A DNA stretch of 63,981 nucleotides, filler included, from Halocafeteria seosinensis (Eukaryota): assembly GCA_001687465.1 (NCBI GenBank). It is 6 parts of 6 records of this genome, joined end to end, with 100 filler letters (N's around TTAATTAATTAA, not from the genome) between each part and the next. Parts side by side here need not be neighbours in the genome. Positions count along the whole stretch, not along the records: positions 28,836 to 40,171 come from LVLI01000106.1; positions 40,272 to 48,569 come from LVLI01000112.1; 4 more parts are not named here. The stretch is one strand, 5' to 3'. Shown here in pieces: positions 38,294-48,669 of the stretch. Each line of letters begins with the position of its first letter. Position 1 is the stretch's first letter. The translations under genes were made by a program, and so were the position numbers. Under the pieces are notes generated by a model. The model saw nothing but the letters and a program-made list of their open reading frames with translations. It was not told the origin of the DNA and did not search any database.

Positions 38294-41200
38294 CCAGAGC
38301 TACGGTTACATTCTAATCGCTGGAAACAATGGAGTGCCTGGAAAAGTTATTTCCGGTGATCGAAGAACCCAGTTTATTTGGAAAATACCGGTAATTAAGT
38401 ATTCCCCAAACAAGTATGACGGAGATCACCGAAGATTTAGTATTTCCATGAGCTGGATTCTCGAGGAATAGGGGAAAGCCTGCATTGGTTGAAAGTTCCT
38501 AATCCCCAACTTTGACTTGTCACGGAGTATTGTGCATACTGGAGGGAAGAGGAATGTTAGGACTACAAAATTAAGTACCTTATGTCTCTGGATGCAACTG
38601 TAGATGGGAGTTGCGTGGAGAAGGATACACCCGACGGAATGAATATGGTTGTAGGTTTCTAAGTTCCTGAAGTGAGTGATTTCTTGGCTTGTTAAGAGAT
38701 ACCCAAGAGTATAGAAGAGCTCCTGTGTCCCTTCCAAGACGATACCAGGATCAATGGAACTGCCGTTCCAGCACACTCTCTATAAGGTTGGCGTGCGAGC
38801 CTGCAAATGGTGAGTAGTTCAGTGACAGTTTTGTCTCGGCCGAGGTGGTACAGGGGTCGATGCCCTCCATAAACGCAGGCCGTTCTGTCAATTCCATAAT
38901 TTCTTGAGACTTTCTTTTGATATAGATGGATCTTCGGGTGGAAAGAGAAACAATTTCTTGTTAAACTTTACCGAAGGAAGCATCTAGTTCAACGAGACCG
39001 GAATAATAGATACGTTACTCTTAAGTGAACACAGCAACATGATTTGGGTATTTGATGTTATTAGTTATTCTTCCACGAGGTTTACAGTGCGACTAGATTA
39101 GCATCATCGACTCTGCATGTGAGTTGACCGCGGATTTTCGTACATACGTTCGCTGGTACTCTCTACTATGGCACGCTCGTATTTGGTGGACAAGGCAGCG
39201 CAGGTGGTGGTGGCGGGGCTGGTTAGTCTCACCACCATCATCCTGGTGGTACGTTTGACCGGGCAAGACCACTGGAGTTGTTGTTGATGGCATCATTCCG
39301 ATCGTCCTAACTTTCTGGCCCATTTCTGGACCACGTCGTGCGATATGTACGGCGCCGTTGCGATCTCACTCCTTGCTTCCACTGGCGCGAAGAGACTACA
39401 AATCCTTCAATGCAGTTCAACTGGAATCCACGCAGCAGTAAAACAGCGTAGTAAGTCCTGGTGGACTACGGGAAAACAGACATCATCAAACGCTTGAAAC
39501 AAGTTTAACCATGGAAGAAACGAACTTGGGAACTAGCAGTAGGCTACTCTGTAACGACTATTCCACTGCTCCATTGCAATTCATGAAAATACGGGATGAA
39601 AGTACGGGATGTAGCGTGAATCTGTTGTCAGCCGGAGGAGCGATTATCAATTCTTGCTTAAGAATCCCATGCCATCGAGGCTGTCGTATCCTAGTGGTAC
39701 CTCCACAGACATGACACGAATTCGTTTTGCGTGAACCCTTACTTGTGAGTTTCCGACCACCAACTAAGGTTGTCACAATGAGGGAATCAAATAGCATCAA
39801 TGTTCTTGTGGTTCGCCTTCTGTAGACGGCAGAATGTCTGGAACTGCCAACGCATATATTAATAACGAGTAATTGATAAATTTTTGATTTCCCTTAGCTC
39901 ACTTCGTTCGCACGGGAAATCAAAAACGCTTACGCTATTCATCAATTACTCGTTTCCTGACAGGACACAATTAGACTCAGTCAAATATCAGAGATATGAA
40001 AGTCAAGTTCCTAATATTAAGATTTTATTTATTATTCAAGTATATTTAACCTTATTCGCAAGGATAGAATTCAACACAGTATAATATCAGAGGTTCTCTT
40101 GTTTAGAACCTTACAATAGATACTATTAAAATTTCTTTAAATAGAAAATCTTATAATTTTGAAAAATCGTTNNNNNNNNNNNNNNNNNNNNNNNNNNNNN
40201 NNNNNNNNNNNNNNNTTAATTAATTAANNNNNNNNNNNNNNNNNNNNNNNNNNNNNNNNNNNNNNNNNNNNACCAAAGTTGCTCACAAAATTGTCAAACG
40301 ACCGCTGAAAGAATGACCGTTAAGACTCCGGCTAGGTTCACCCGCCTTCAGTAAGTTCCGACGGCCCTATCGTAGCTCTCCTGGTTACAACCGAGCACTA
40401 TCTCTTGATGCAGCTTTTTCGCCTGGTATCCTACTCTATCATAGTTGCTCACAAAGTTGTCAAACGACCGCTGAAAGCGTGATCGTATTGTATGCGGAAA
40501 TCCCGTATACATGTATTGTAGGGTGTACATAGTACGTACGAAATACCATGCCTCCGGATGCCGGCATGCTGGCGCGCCGGCGGTCCGTGCCGGGCTTCAA
40601 CTTCAACCTCGAGGTGGTTCACCCCCCCTTTTCCAAATCCGCTATCCGTCTGATCCCTGTTCTCGAATCCGGATCCCACCCAGGACATGCTATCCGTCTC
40701 AGTTCGTCGTCCCTGGCTCTCGTTCCCCCTCCATCATGCGCGTCTTCCAAACGTTCCATTCCGTCTCGTCCTTACTCCCCCGTCTCGATACAGACGCTTG
40801 ACTCGCTAGCAGTTCAATGCTTAATAGGAAGCTAACAAGCAATATTCACGTGTAGCAAACAGGACAAAAATCCAGACATTTCTCTCCTTGAGGTCTCTGT
40901 AGATCATATTGGCCCAAGAAGTATCATACGTGCAAAGTATGTACAGTATACCACTGCTTGAGCGTTGTGTGTTGAAGGTTTTCTGAGATGTTCATATCTC
41001 GGTATGACTGAGACTGTGACGTGGTAAATGACGAAGGGTTTCGACAGAAGCAAAGGGCAGTGCACCACCTGGATTGGCTTTACAATCTATCTAGCATTTG
41101 CTCTTTGACACCCGAAGTATACATCATCACGAGGGGTGGTCAGCACGTCCACACACCCATATTGAGCCCAAACGTAGGGTAAAATTGTCTCATGTATCGG

Positions 41201-42534
41201 GGATGACTGTAACGGCTCCCCTTCGTCTGCTCCCACAAGCGGCACGCGGTACGGCCCCCTTGGTCTCCCCTTCGAGACGTCCCTATCGCCCGTTCCCTCG
41301 GTCAGTTAGACTCCCAGTCTTCACAGACTCTTCAGGGTTGATAAGAACCGGTTCGTTGTAGAGGACTGCATCACCACTTCTCGAACCGGTCATCTGTTGT
41401 TTACCAGATTTATCTTGGTTACAATCAAGCATAGGTACCAACGGTACCACCTTGGATCTTTGCGGCTTTTAAGAAGCCGGTCCAACATCGGCACCCGAAG
41501 TTATTGTAGAGCATTACTGTATACAATCCTTCAAGTACGTTTGTATTGATGCAAGAGTAACAGTATCTGTGCGAACCTGGAACAGTGGTAGTGAGCCAGA
41601 TTGAGGTCCTGTGTATTTCCGTCTTCGAAGTTCGGCGCACCTCACGTGTCGTTGAGTGTTCGTTGGTTATAACTTATAGGGCATTTACTTGGCCATTTGT
41701 TCTGAACCCCATTTTGTTCATTTATATTTGCTGTTGCTTTCTTTCGTTTGTTTATTAAGGGTATCACACACGCAGCGAGTGACAGTCGGACCCAGTGAAA
41801 AACCGGTAGCTTTGACCAATCGATTGCGGACAGTATGTCTGCTTATATGCTAATTAATGACTCTCCTCCAGGTATGGAAGCGTCATTCCGTAAAGAGAGC
41901 ATATATCATCGGTTTGCATACTGGATACACAATGAGCAGCGGATAAGACAGACGACAGTCCGCCGAACCTGCCTACGGAAGACAGGGAAGAAAAAAACAC
42001 GGAGGAGAAACCAAGCAAGAAACAAGTTCTGACAGGGTTCTTTAACCTCGGTTCGCACCTTTTCCTACCGGTTTTTTCCCTTTCATTTTATTCGCAAGTA
42101 CTCTTGGACGGAACAGCCAGTATAGAAGTATATATCGCTGCCTCGGTGGACACAGTGCGTTTCCTGGTGTTTGTCTACTTCGCGGTCATGGTATTTCTCG
42201 GCAAACCGTCGGTTTCGCGTGATGGCTATCGTCAGCAATTGGTAACGTTGGGGGACAAAATTGCTAAGGTAAGTTAGTCTCTTCCTGCGGAATGAGCATA
42301 CTAAATATGCTGTCGAACGAATTAGTGTTCAGGCGCATGTATCGCATGGAACCCGGGCTGTTTCACTGATTCTGACGTTGGCATCTCTTGTCGTTATGTC
42401 TATGGAAGTGTCTCCTAGACGATCCGGTGCGTTGCTTGCATTTGAACTTGGTCTCCGAGGACGCCTTCAACTCGCTGGTTTTTTCTATGCAAAACTGGGA
42501 TTGCTACTGGCTCAACAAGTAAGGTGCGAATCGG

Positions 42535-44187
42535 TTGAATCCTGCTAAATTTCAGGATGGATGTACATGTTTCCAGGTGGCTGGTAATATTGGAGGTATG
42601 GACTTCGTTTGCCAGAAAACGTGCGGTGGTCACACTCCCACTATTGAGGAAAATGATTATTGCTCCATTGAGTGCACAGTAGGGAACAATGAACGTATGT
42701 ACCAAGTACTGGATGGAATTTTTGCTTCCATTTTCTTCGTGGCCATTTTATGTGGGATTCTACTGCTCCCGCATCTCTTCTTCAAGGCTAAGCTCACCAT
42801 GACCGAAGAGTCATGGCAAAGCGAGTATTTCCCCACGTCGGTGTCCATTAACCGTCTGGTGAATTTTCCCAACGCATGCCATTCGAACGATTGTAATGGG
42901 GATTATTTTGGACTACAGAATGTTCAAGTCGTTTCTAAAGAAGACATTCCTGAGACAGATCAGAAGGTATTGCCCGTTTCAAACCACGTACTCTTGGTGG
43001 ACTACAAGAACAGCACCACTGTACACCGGGGGTTTGTTACCTTGCCAGCTATGTTCGATTTCTTGAAAGCTTACAATATGAGCGTTGGCATATTCTTTCG
43101 AATTCCTCAGGTTGTTACAAACGGCTATCATGTTTGTATCGAAAGACTGCCGGTCAGACTGCAAGGAAATACCAGCATTGACTCTTCATCCCAGTCGCAA
43201 TCTAGGGATTTGGAGATCGGTTATTTTGCTGTCGGTGTTAAGGCTGCTGGAGAGTTCAATTGCTCCATTCGACCGGTACCTACCCACACACCATTGCTAT
43301 ATTACAATTACGTCTTAGGAAACAGCGGATCATCATCGTCTACCGATAGTACTTCTAAGCCACATGTACAAGGAGTCGTATCATTGGCTCAGGCATCATT
43401 CTCGTCCAATCCAGACAATGCGTTCAAGCCGTATAAGCAAAAAGGCGCGGGAGATTGCCCCAAGAACCACGTATGTTTTGAAGATGGCACCGTTGCATAT
43501 ATCCAAGAAGCGATTGACGACTCCTGCCCTGCGTGTTCTCCGTTCTTTCCTACTTCGGACTGGGCATTTTTCGTTTTGGGATTAACTTTTATGATATTTG
43601 TTTATTGCCTCTTTACAGCTTGCGGTCCTTGGCCAAGAATTGTATATTACATAAAGCAGTTTATTGCCGTGGTTTTTTTGTATCCGTTATTCTGTTTATA
43701 CTTGGCTTGCGTCTGCAGTAAGAAAAAGACCAGGGGATGTCTGGTCTTCCTGTATGGAACTGTTCTGTTTCTCATTCCGGTTGGTTATGTGTTAGTTTCT
43801 CCGTCGGTCGACGTTGATTATCACTTCCGGGACTTTCCCTTTCTTGTTCAAACACAAGATAAACGATTTGACAGTGATGACTCGATACCAGAACCACGTT
43901 ATTTTAACATCAATGCGATTTGCAACGGATTCTACTCATGCAATACCATCGATTATCTTCGAGAAGGCTTTGCCTATATGACAATCATTGCGTTTGTGTG
44001 CTTCGCCCTGGGATATTATCTTCAGCGGCTGGCCGATCTTGTACGAGGATGCATCACGGGTGAACGGATACACCAACACCAGGAACGGGAGAGACTGACG
44101 AGCCAATCGCAGAAGCAGGCCTCGTGGCGAGTAGCGAGCCCATCGTGCCCACTCCGGGGGAGCGAGGCCCAAGACGCGACGCTCTGA
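42535..44187 (+). CDS. Uncharacterised Cys-rich multi-pass membrane protein (probably has upstream exons)
   Basis: 550-aa open frame with about five hydrophobic helices and Cys-rich loops; no family recognised. Confidence 0.65.
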   Translation: MNPAKFQDGCTCFQVAGNIGGMDFVCQKTCGGHTPTIEENDYCSIECTVGNNERMYQVLDGIFASIFFVAILCGILLLPHLFFKAKLTMTEESWQSEYFPTSVSINRLVNFPNACHSNDCNGDYFGLQNVQVVSKEDIPETDQKVLPVSNHVLLVDYKNSTTVHRGFVTLPAMFDFLKAYNMSVGIFFRIPQVVTNGYHVCIERLPVRLQGNTSIDSSSQSQSRDLEIGYFAVGVKAAGEFNCSIRPVPTHTPLLYYNYVLGNSGSSSSTDSTSKPHVQGVVSLAQASFSSNPDNAFKPYKQKGAGDCPKNHVCFEDGTVAYIQEAIDDSCPACSPFFPTSDWAFFVLGLTFMIFVYCLFTACGPWPRIVYYIKQFIAVVFLYPLFCLYLACVCSKKKTRGCLVFLYGTVLFLIPVGYVLVSPSVDVDYHFRDFPFLVQTQDKRFDSDDSIPEPRYFNINAICNGFYSCNTIDYLREGFAYMTIIAFVCFALGYYLQRLADLVRGCITGERIHQHQERERLTSQSQKQASWRVASPSCPLRGSEAQDATL

Positions 44188-44239
44188 AAGGATGTACGTG
44201 TGAAAACATGATACTCACAAAGAGTCCGAGTGTTGGTGA

Positions 44240-44440
44240 CATACACACACACACACATATGTGACAGATAGCCCACCGGCCGGGGAGTTGACCGCATCCT
44301 CCCAACGAGGAGCGGTATGCGCCCGTGTTAGGTAGCGACGGGCCCGCTGTTCTTGCATCCTTGCTGACATGCGCCGTGAGGGAACACAACACTGGTTTTG
44401 TCAGGAGGCATCGGAGGAGGAGCCATGCCTGCGCCAACGA
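44240..44440 (-). mobile_element. Family B retroposon copy (~200 bp), 9-bp TSD TGTTGGTGA
   Basis: TGTTGGTGA at 44231-44239 and 44441-44449. Confidence 0.8.
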
Positions 44441-46273
44441 TGTTGGTGAGCGCAGGGATAGGCAATGCAGGAGGGCCCTGGGGAGATCTTCGACGGCGTG
44501 AAGATCCCCCAACTACATTTCCACTTAGCCGGTCGGCCGTAAATACCGGTAATACACAGTACTACGGATATCGGCTACCCAGAAGCAGAAGCACAGTGAA
44601 CGACTGATGCAAGACGACAACTGAGACGGAAGTGCCCGGTAAGTTAGCAAGAAGATCAGGATACGATCACTTTTCGCTATTAACGCGTTGTCAGTTGGCA
44701 AGTCGAAGTACATCAGCCTGTTCGGTGTTATACCTACAGTACTCCTCGATCCCACATCTGTATACCGGCCGGTTGCGTCACCAACGCAGCAGTCATGGTG
44801 TGTTTATTCCATGACTGAATGTTTTCCTTGTTTTTTATTGGTCATTCTTGGTCTCTGCACCTGAGAAAAGGTGCTCTGTCATTTCCCAAATGAAACGCTC
44901 TGGTACTCAGCGAAGAATTGATTTGACGCTTTGGTATCATGAATGCAGTTTGTATATTGAACGCTTTAGAGTTTGCAATGGTTGGACACCTGACAGAAGT
45001 CCTTCCATATGGTATGGATGCACCTCCACCGCGGTACACACGACTTTGTTAGAACGGGCAATTCCATGCGATAACAGTGGCGCCTTACCAAAGATGCATG
45101 TTCGATAACCAGGTTCATGCGGCTTCACCTGAGGTACTACTGCGGGCGGCTTCGGCGAAGACGCGATCAAGTTCCTCAAGAGAATTCCCAGGAATTCTGT
45201 CACGTTGATGCGCCACAACGTGAAGATGTTGGAGCTTGCTTAGCATTCCTATACAGTCTAGAAACCATAGGCCTACATATTCATTGTATAGTTGGAGATG
45301 ACGCCGATCGGATTGATTGAAGTCAAAATGCCAGGAAAATTGTATGAAGATGAAGCAGTGACCAATAAAAGAGTTTGTGGCCAAGTCTTCGACTACTTGA
45401 AGATGTTGCGACATTACAGTCTGTTTCACGAAGTTCGTGTTATTCTAATTACACGAACAATATGAAACATTCCCACAACGAAGATAGACGATTTCTGTTC
45501 ATACCATCAAATAGAGTGTAGTAAAAATAGCGGATGTCCTGAATTTCAGTTAATTACGTTTTCTCATCTTCGAGATATTGGCGGATATGTTGGCAAATTG
45601 TGGCCTCCTCAAACCACCAGGGGTCATTTTTGTGTCCCCTTTGCTTCCCCTGTGCTTTCCGCACGTGTGACTTGCCCTCTTGTGAAGTTCCCAAATCTGA
45701 ACTTCACATACATGGTGGCTGTGGTGGCGGTCACGAGTTCTTGTCATATACATATATCTATAGAGCTAACGCGTACACATTAGGACAATTACCTTAACTA
45801 GACTCAGTTCCGCGAAAGTTAACAAACAAAATGCCACGCAGAAACGTGCTACTAGCGGACGTCACGAACTGCCAGAGTGCTAGCGCAGCGCATCGTATCC
45901 ATCCAAAAAACCCGGAAGGTATGCAGAACTTCCCTTTTACACTGAAGTAATGGATATTCAAAAGTATCTGCCTCGGAAAGCGCACCAAACGAGAACTCAG
46001 GATAAAGTACGAGAAGTGACTAGAGCCTTATTCTCACCCTACGGTCGTTTCAAGCTGCAGAAGTGCTAGAGACGATGAGCTGCGAAAGGACCTAGATGTA
46101 GACTTCCCTATCTTTTATCAGAGATTTCAACGCCGTCATCAAGGAGGATCTGCAGCTCAATAGAAGGACAGCCCGAAGAATCCTCGTGGGCCTCTGGCCG
46201 CCGGTTATCAAGCCGCAGGGTTACATGCAATACACTCTGTACCTCATACCAAGGCTACTTTTGACGGCATCAA

Positions 46274-46714
46274 ATGAGAATTAGGGCCAATACGCTTATT
46301 TGTACACCAATAGCTGTAAAAAGAACCATTTCAACGGAATTACACGTTCTTTGTGAAACATGGCTCCGCAAAAGTTCAACTTGCCAAGAAAGACACGAAC
46401 TTCGTGAAACAGACGGTAGTCCAACTAGTGGAGCAATAAAACCAGCCGGAGATATTGCTGGTCTCTTTGGAGCTGGTGAAGCAAGCGGAGGTAAAGCATC
46501 GGATATTTTAGGAACAGTAGGTAGTATAGTCGGAAACTTTGGAATTGGAAAAGGAGGAAAACGTGGAGTCCAGAAGACTTCAGGAGCTGACAAACGTAAA
46601 GAAAGAGGCAGACAAGTAGCTAAATTGATGAAAGAGAAAGGTATGTCACTGGGTCAAGCATCGCACTATTTGAAACAACACGGAACATCAGGCGGTCATC
46701 TGGTCTTAGCCTAG
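46274..46714 (+). CDS. Virophage-type small Gly-rich, basic core-like protein; the 5' part may be non-viral
   Basis: C-terminal RGRQVAKLMKEKGMSLGQASHYLKQHG resembles the R..IV..VMKE.GLS..EASKYVKEHG motif of virophage proteins and is preceded by Gly-rich GLFGAG/NFGIGKGG. Confidence 0.65.
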   Translation: MRIRANTLICTPIAVKRTISTELHVLCETWLRKSSTCQERHELRETDGSPTSGAIKPAGDIAGLFGAGEASGGKASDILGTVGSIVGNFGIGKGGKRGVQKTSGADKRKERGRQVAKLMKEKGMSLGQASHYLKQHGTSGGHLVLA

Positions 46715-46719
46715 GCGTT

Positions 46720-46874
46720 CTTTTTAGAAAAAAGTAGCGTCAAAAACACCTGAACTTCAAGAGAATGTGCTTTTAAAAAAGCACGGCAAAACACTTGAAC
46801 TCCAAAAGAATTATTAGAGTTCTTTTGAAGACGCTAACGCGGAAAGAGTTTTGACGCCACTTTTTTTTAAAAAG
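46720..46874. terminator. AT-rich inverted repeat (26-bp arms at 46720-46745 and 46849-46874) with internal small hairpins
   Basis: CTTTTTAGAAAAAAGTAGCGTCAAAA versus TTTTGACGCCACTTTTTTTTAAAAAG, immediately after the stop at 46714. Confidence 0.5.
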
Positions 46875-46904
46875 GGATTAAAGTTTTATCAATAGAATAT
46901 TATA

Positions 46905-47153
46905 ATGGAAAATAGAAAGTCTAAAACAGTACCGGAGATTGAAGAACGTTTAAAAATTATAAGAACGCAGTTAGTTGAAACCGACTCTTTATTAAGAAAT
47001 GTATATAGAACGACTTATCTAACTCCAACTGTTGATAATGAAACTGGGGAGATAAAAAAAGAAACTGTTAGAAAAGGAACTTTAAAATTTACGTGTATTG
47101 AAAATATGTTTCACGATTTAAACTTTTTAACAGATTTAATCGGGTTATTATGA
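46905..47153 (+). CDS. Hypothetical 82-aa viral protein
   Basis: AT-rich ORF with AATAGAATATTATA before its ATG; its end overlaps the convergent ATPase stop. Confidence 0.55.
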   Translation: MENRKSKTVPEIEERLKIIRTQLVETDSLLRNVYRTTYLTPTVDNETGEIKKETVRKGTLKFTCIENMFHDLNFLTDLIGLL

Positions 47154-47966
47154 CTCAAAAAGGAAATTAGGTAAGAAAGCATTTTGAGCTGAGACAATAT
47201 ACTGTGGAACTCGGCTGATAGTGATACAACCTCCTGATTCCTTCTTCAGTTTTTTCAGAACTCGTTTGTCGTCAATGTTGGCATACTGCTGTCCGAAATA
47301 CCGCCAGTTATGATTAGATAGAGACTTCGGCCAAACGATAAAGTAATCGGACTCTCCGAGTATCATTTTAGTTTTCCAAGAGTTAGTAATGTTATGCCAA
47401 ATGGTAAAAAGACAAACTCCCTCTTGAGCCCCGCGTTCAGCAAGCCTATTGAGGAATTTAAGAATTTCTGCCGAGTTTTCATCATTGATAAAGTCATCAA
47501 AACAGATTAGACAGTTACTGAAATCTTCCATTTTGGGGCGTTCGTCTTCTTCGTCTTCATCCGGTGGTGAGAAACTCGCTGTCGGAATTCGCGTAATAGC
47601 TTTTTCTCCAACTTCTTTTTCAATAGTTGGGTCTTCAGTCTTACTAGAAACAAGATAAACTGGGTTATCTGTCAATGCTTGGTAGTTGTGAATCCAGCGA
47701 CACATTTCATGTGTTTTACCTAACCGCTTCATTCCAGCACAATAGGTAATAAACGTGCGTCCTTCTTGAAGACCTTTAGGGAGTGGGCTGTAATAAAAGT
47801 CAGACTTAAGTTTGATTTGAACTTCATCATCAGATTGAGGGGGAGTTTCTAGTTGGTCAGTGTGGATATTGAGGAAATCATCTCTGACGCTTTCGTCTTC
47901 AAGTTTTTTGATTAATGCTATAGTATCTTGTTTGTTATAGTCTTCAGATTTGTATAATCTTGGCAT
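47148..47966 (-). CDS. Virophage-type genome packaging ATPase (FtsK-HerA/A32 family)
   Basis: Walker A YCAGMKRLGKT, VYLVSSKTED, Walker B FSNCLICFDD, TIWH..N..KTKMILGESDYFIVWP and C-terminal VPQYIVSAQNAFL follow the Sputnik V3/mavirus MV15-type pattern. Confidence 0.85.
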   Translation of the reverse strand: MPRLYKSEDYNKQDTIALIKKLEDESVRDDFLNIHTDQLETPPQSDDEVQIKLKSDFYYSPLPKGLQEGRTFITYCAGMKRLGKTHEMCRWIHNYQALTDNPVYLVSSKTEDPTIEKEVGEKAITRIPTASFSPPDEDEEDERPKMEDFSNCLICFDDFINDENSAEILKFLNRLAERGAQEGVCLFTIWHNITNSWKTKMILGESDYFIVWPKSLSNHNWRYFGQQYANIDDKRVLKKLKKESGGCITISRVPQYIVSAQNAFLPNFLFES

Positions 47967-48088
47967 TGTTCTATATAGTTAGGAGAGTTTTTTCACTTTT
48001 GAGCGAAAAGTGAAAAAAGTCTGTTTAGAGTGCCAAATGCTTTTTAGAGAGTTTTTTTTTAAAAGAAGAACAGTATAAAGATATATAG

Positions 48089-48569
48089 ATGCCTCGTACT
48101 AAGTTATATACTAGCAAAGGAACTCCATTCACCCAAACTACCCACATCAGTAAGTCTGACGAGAATACGTCGTCTCCCGACTTTGTCTATGTCAATTTGA
48201 GTCTTGTTAATCACGCTACAGATGAACCCCCATCCAAATATCCCCTCTGTGACTTTAAGGAGAACACAAACAACCCTATCCTTCAAAATCCATCGGAATA
48301 TAAAGCCGGCGTTCTCCAATTTTCTATGGACGGAGTTACACAGTTTCTCCCTTGTCTTCACTTCTTCGCACAGGATGGCAGTACTAACCAAAGTATCTAT
48401 TCAGTCACCTTAGAATGTGATAAAGCCGAAGATGGAACTCAGGGTGCTGGCAATATCCAAACATTCACCCAACAGACGTTCGTTACCTATCAACCGCACA
48501 NCTTGGATGCCNCGAGTCCCTTAGTTGGTAACAAAGAAGATGAATACTATCATGTCTATGGCATAGAAT
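48089..48569 (+). CDS. Virophage minor capsid protein (penton), N-terminal part, truncated by the contig end
   Basis: PDFVYVNLSLVN...FKENTNNPILQNPSEYKAGVLQFSMDG...LP...NQSIYSVTL matches the virophage penton N-terminal pattern. Confidence 0.85.
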
Positions 48570-48669
48570 NNNNNNNNNNNNNNNNNNNNNNNNNNNNNNN
48601 NNNNNNNNNNNNNTTAATTAATTAANNNNNNNNNNNNNNNNNNNNNNNNNNNNNNNNNNNNNNNNNNNN

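Larger units (their letters stand above)
46420..48569. mobile_element. Endogenous virophage (Lavidaviridae-like) fragment, truncated by the contig end; left boundary approximate
   Basis: AT-richer, intronless, compact block with packaging ATPase, penton and a virophage-type basic protein. Confidence 0.8.

Noticed and set aside
47148..47966. ATPase as a Polinton/Maverick or host gene
   Set aside because: The neighbouring penton and basic-protein motifs are virophage-type, and no pPolB or integrase is seen; a PLV origin is not fully excluded without a search
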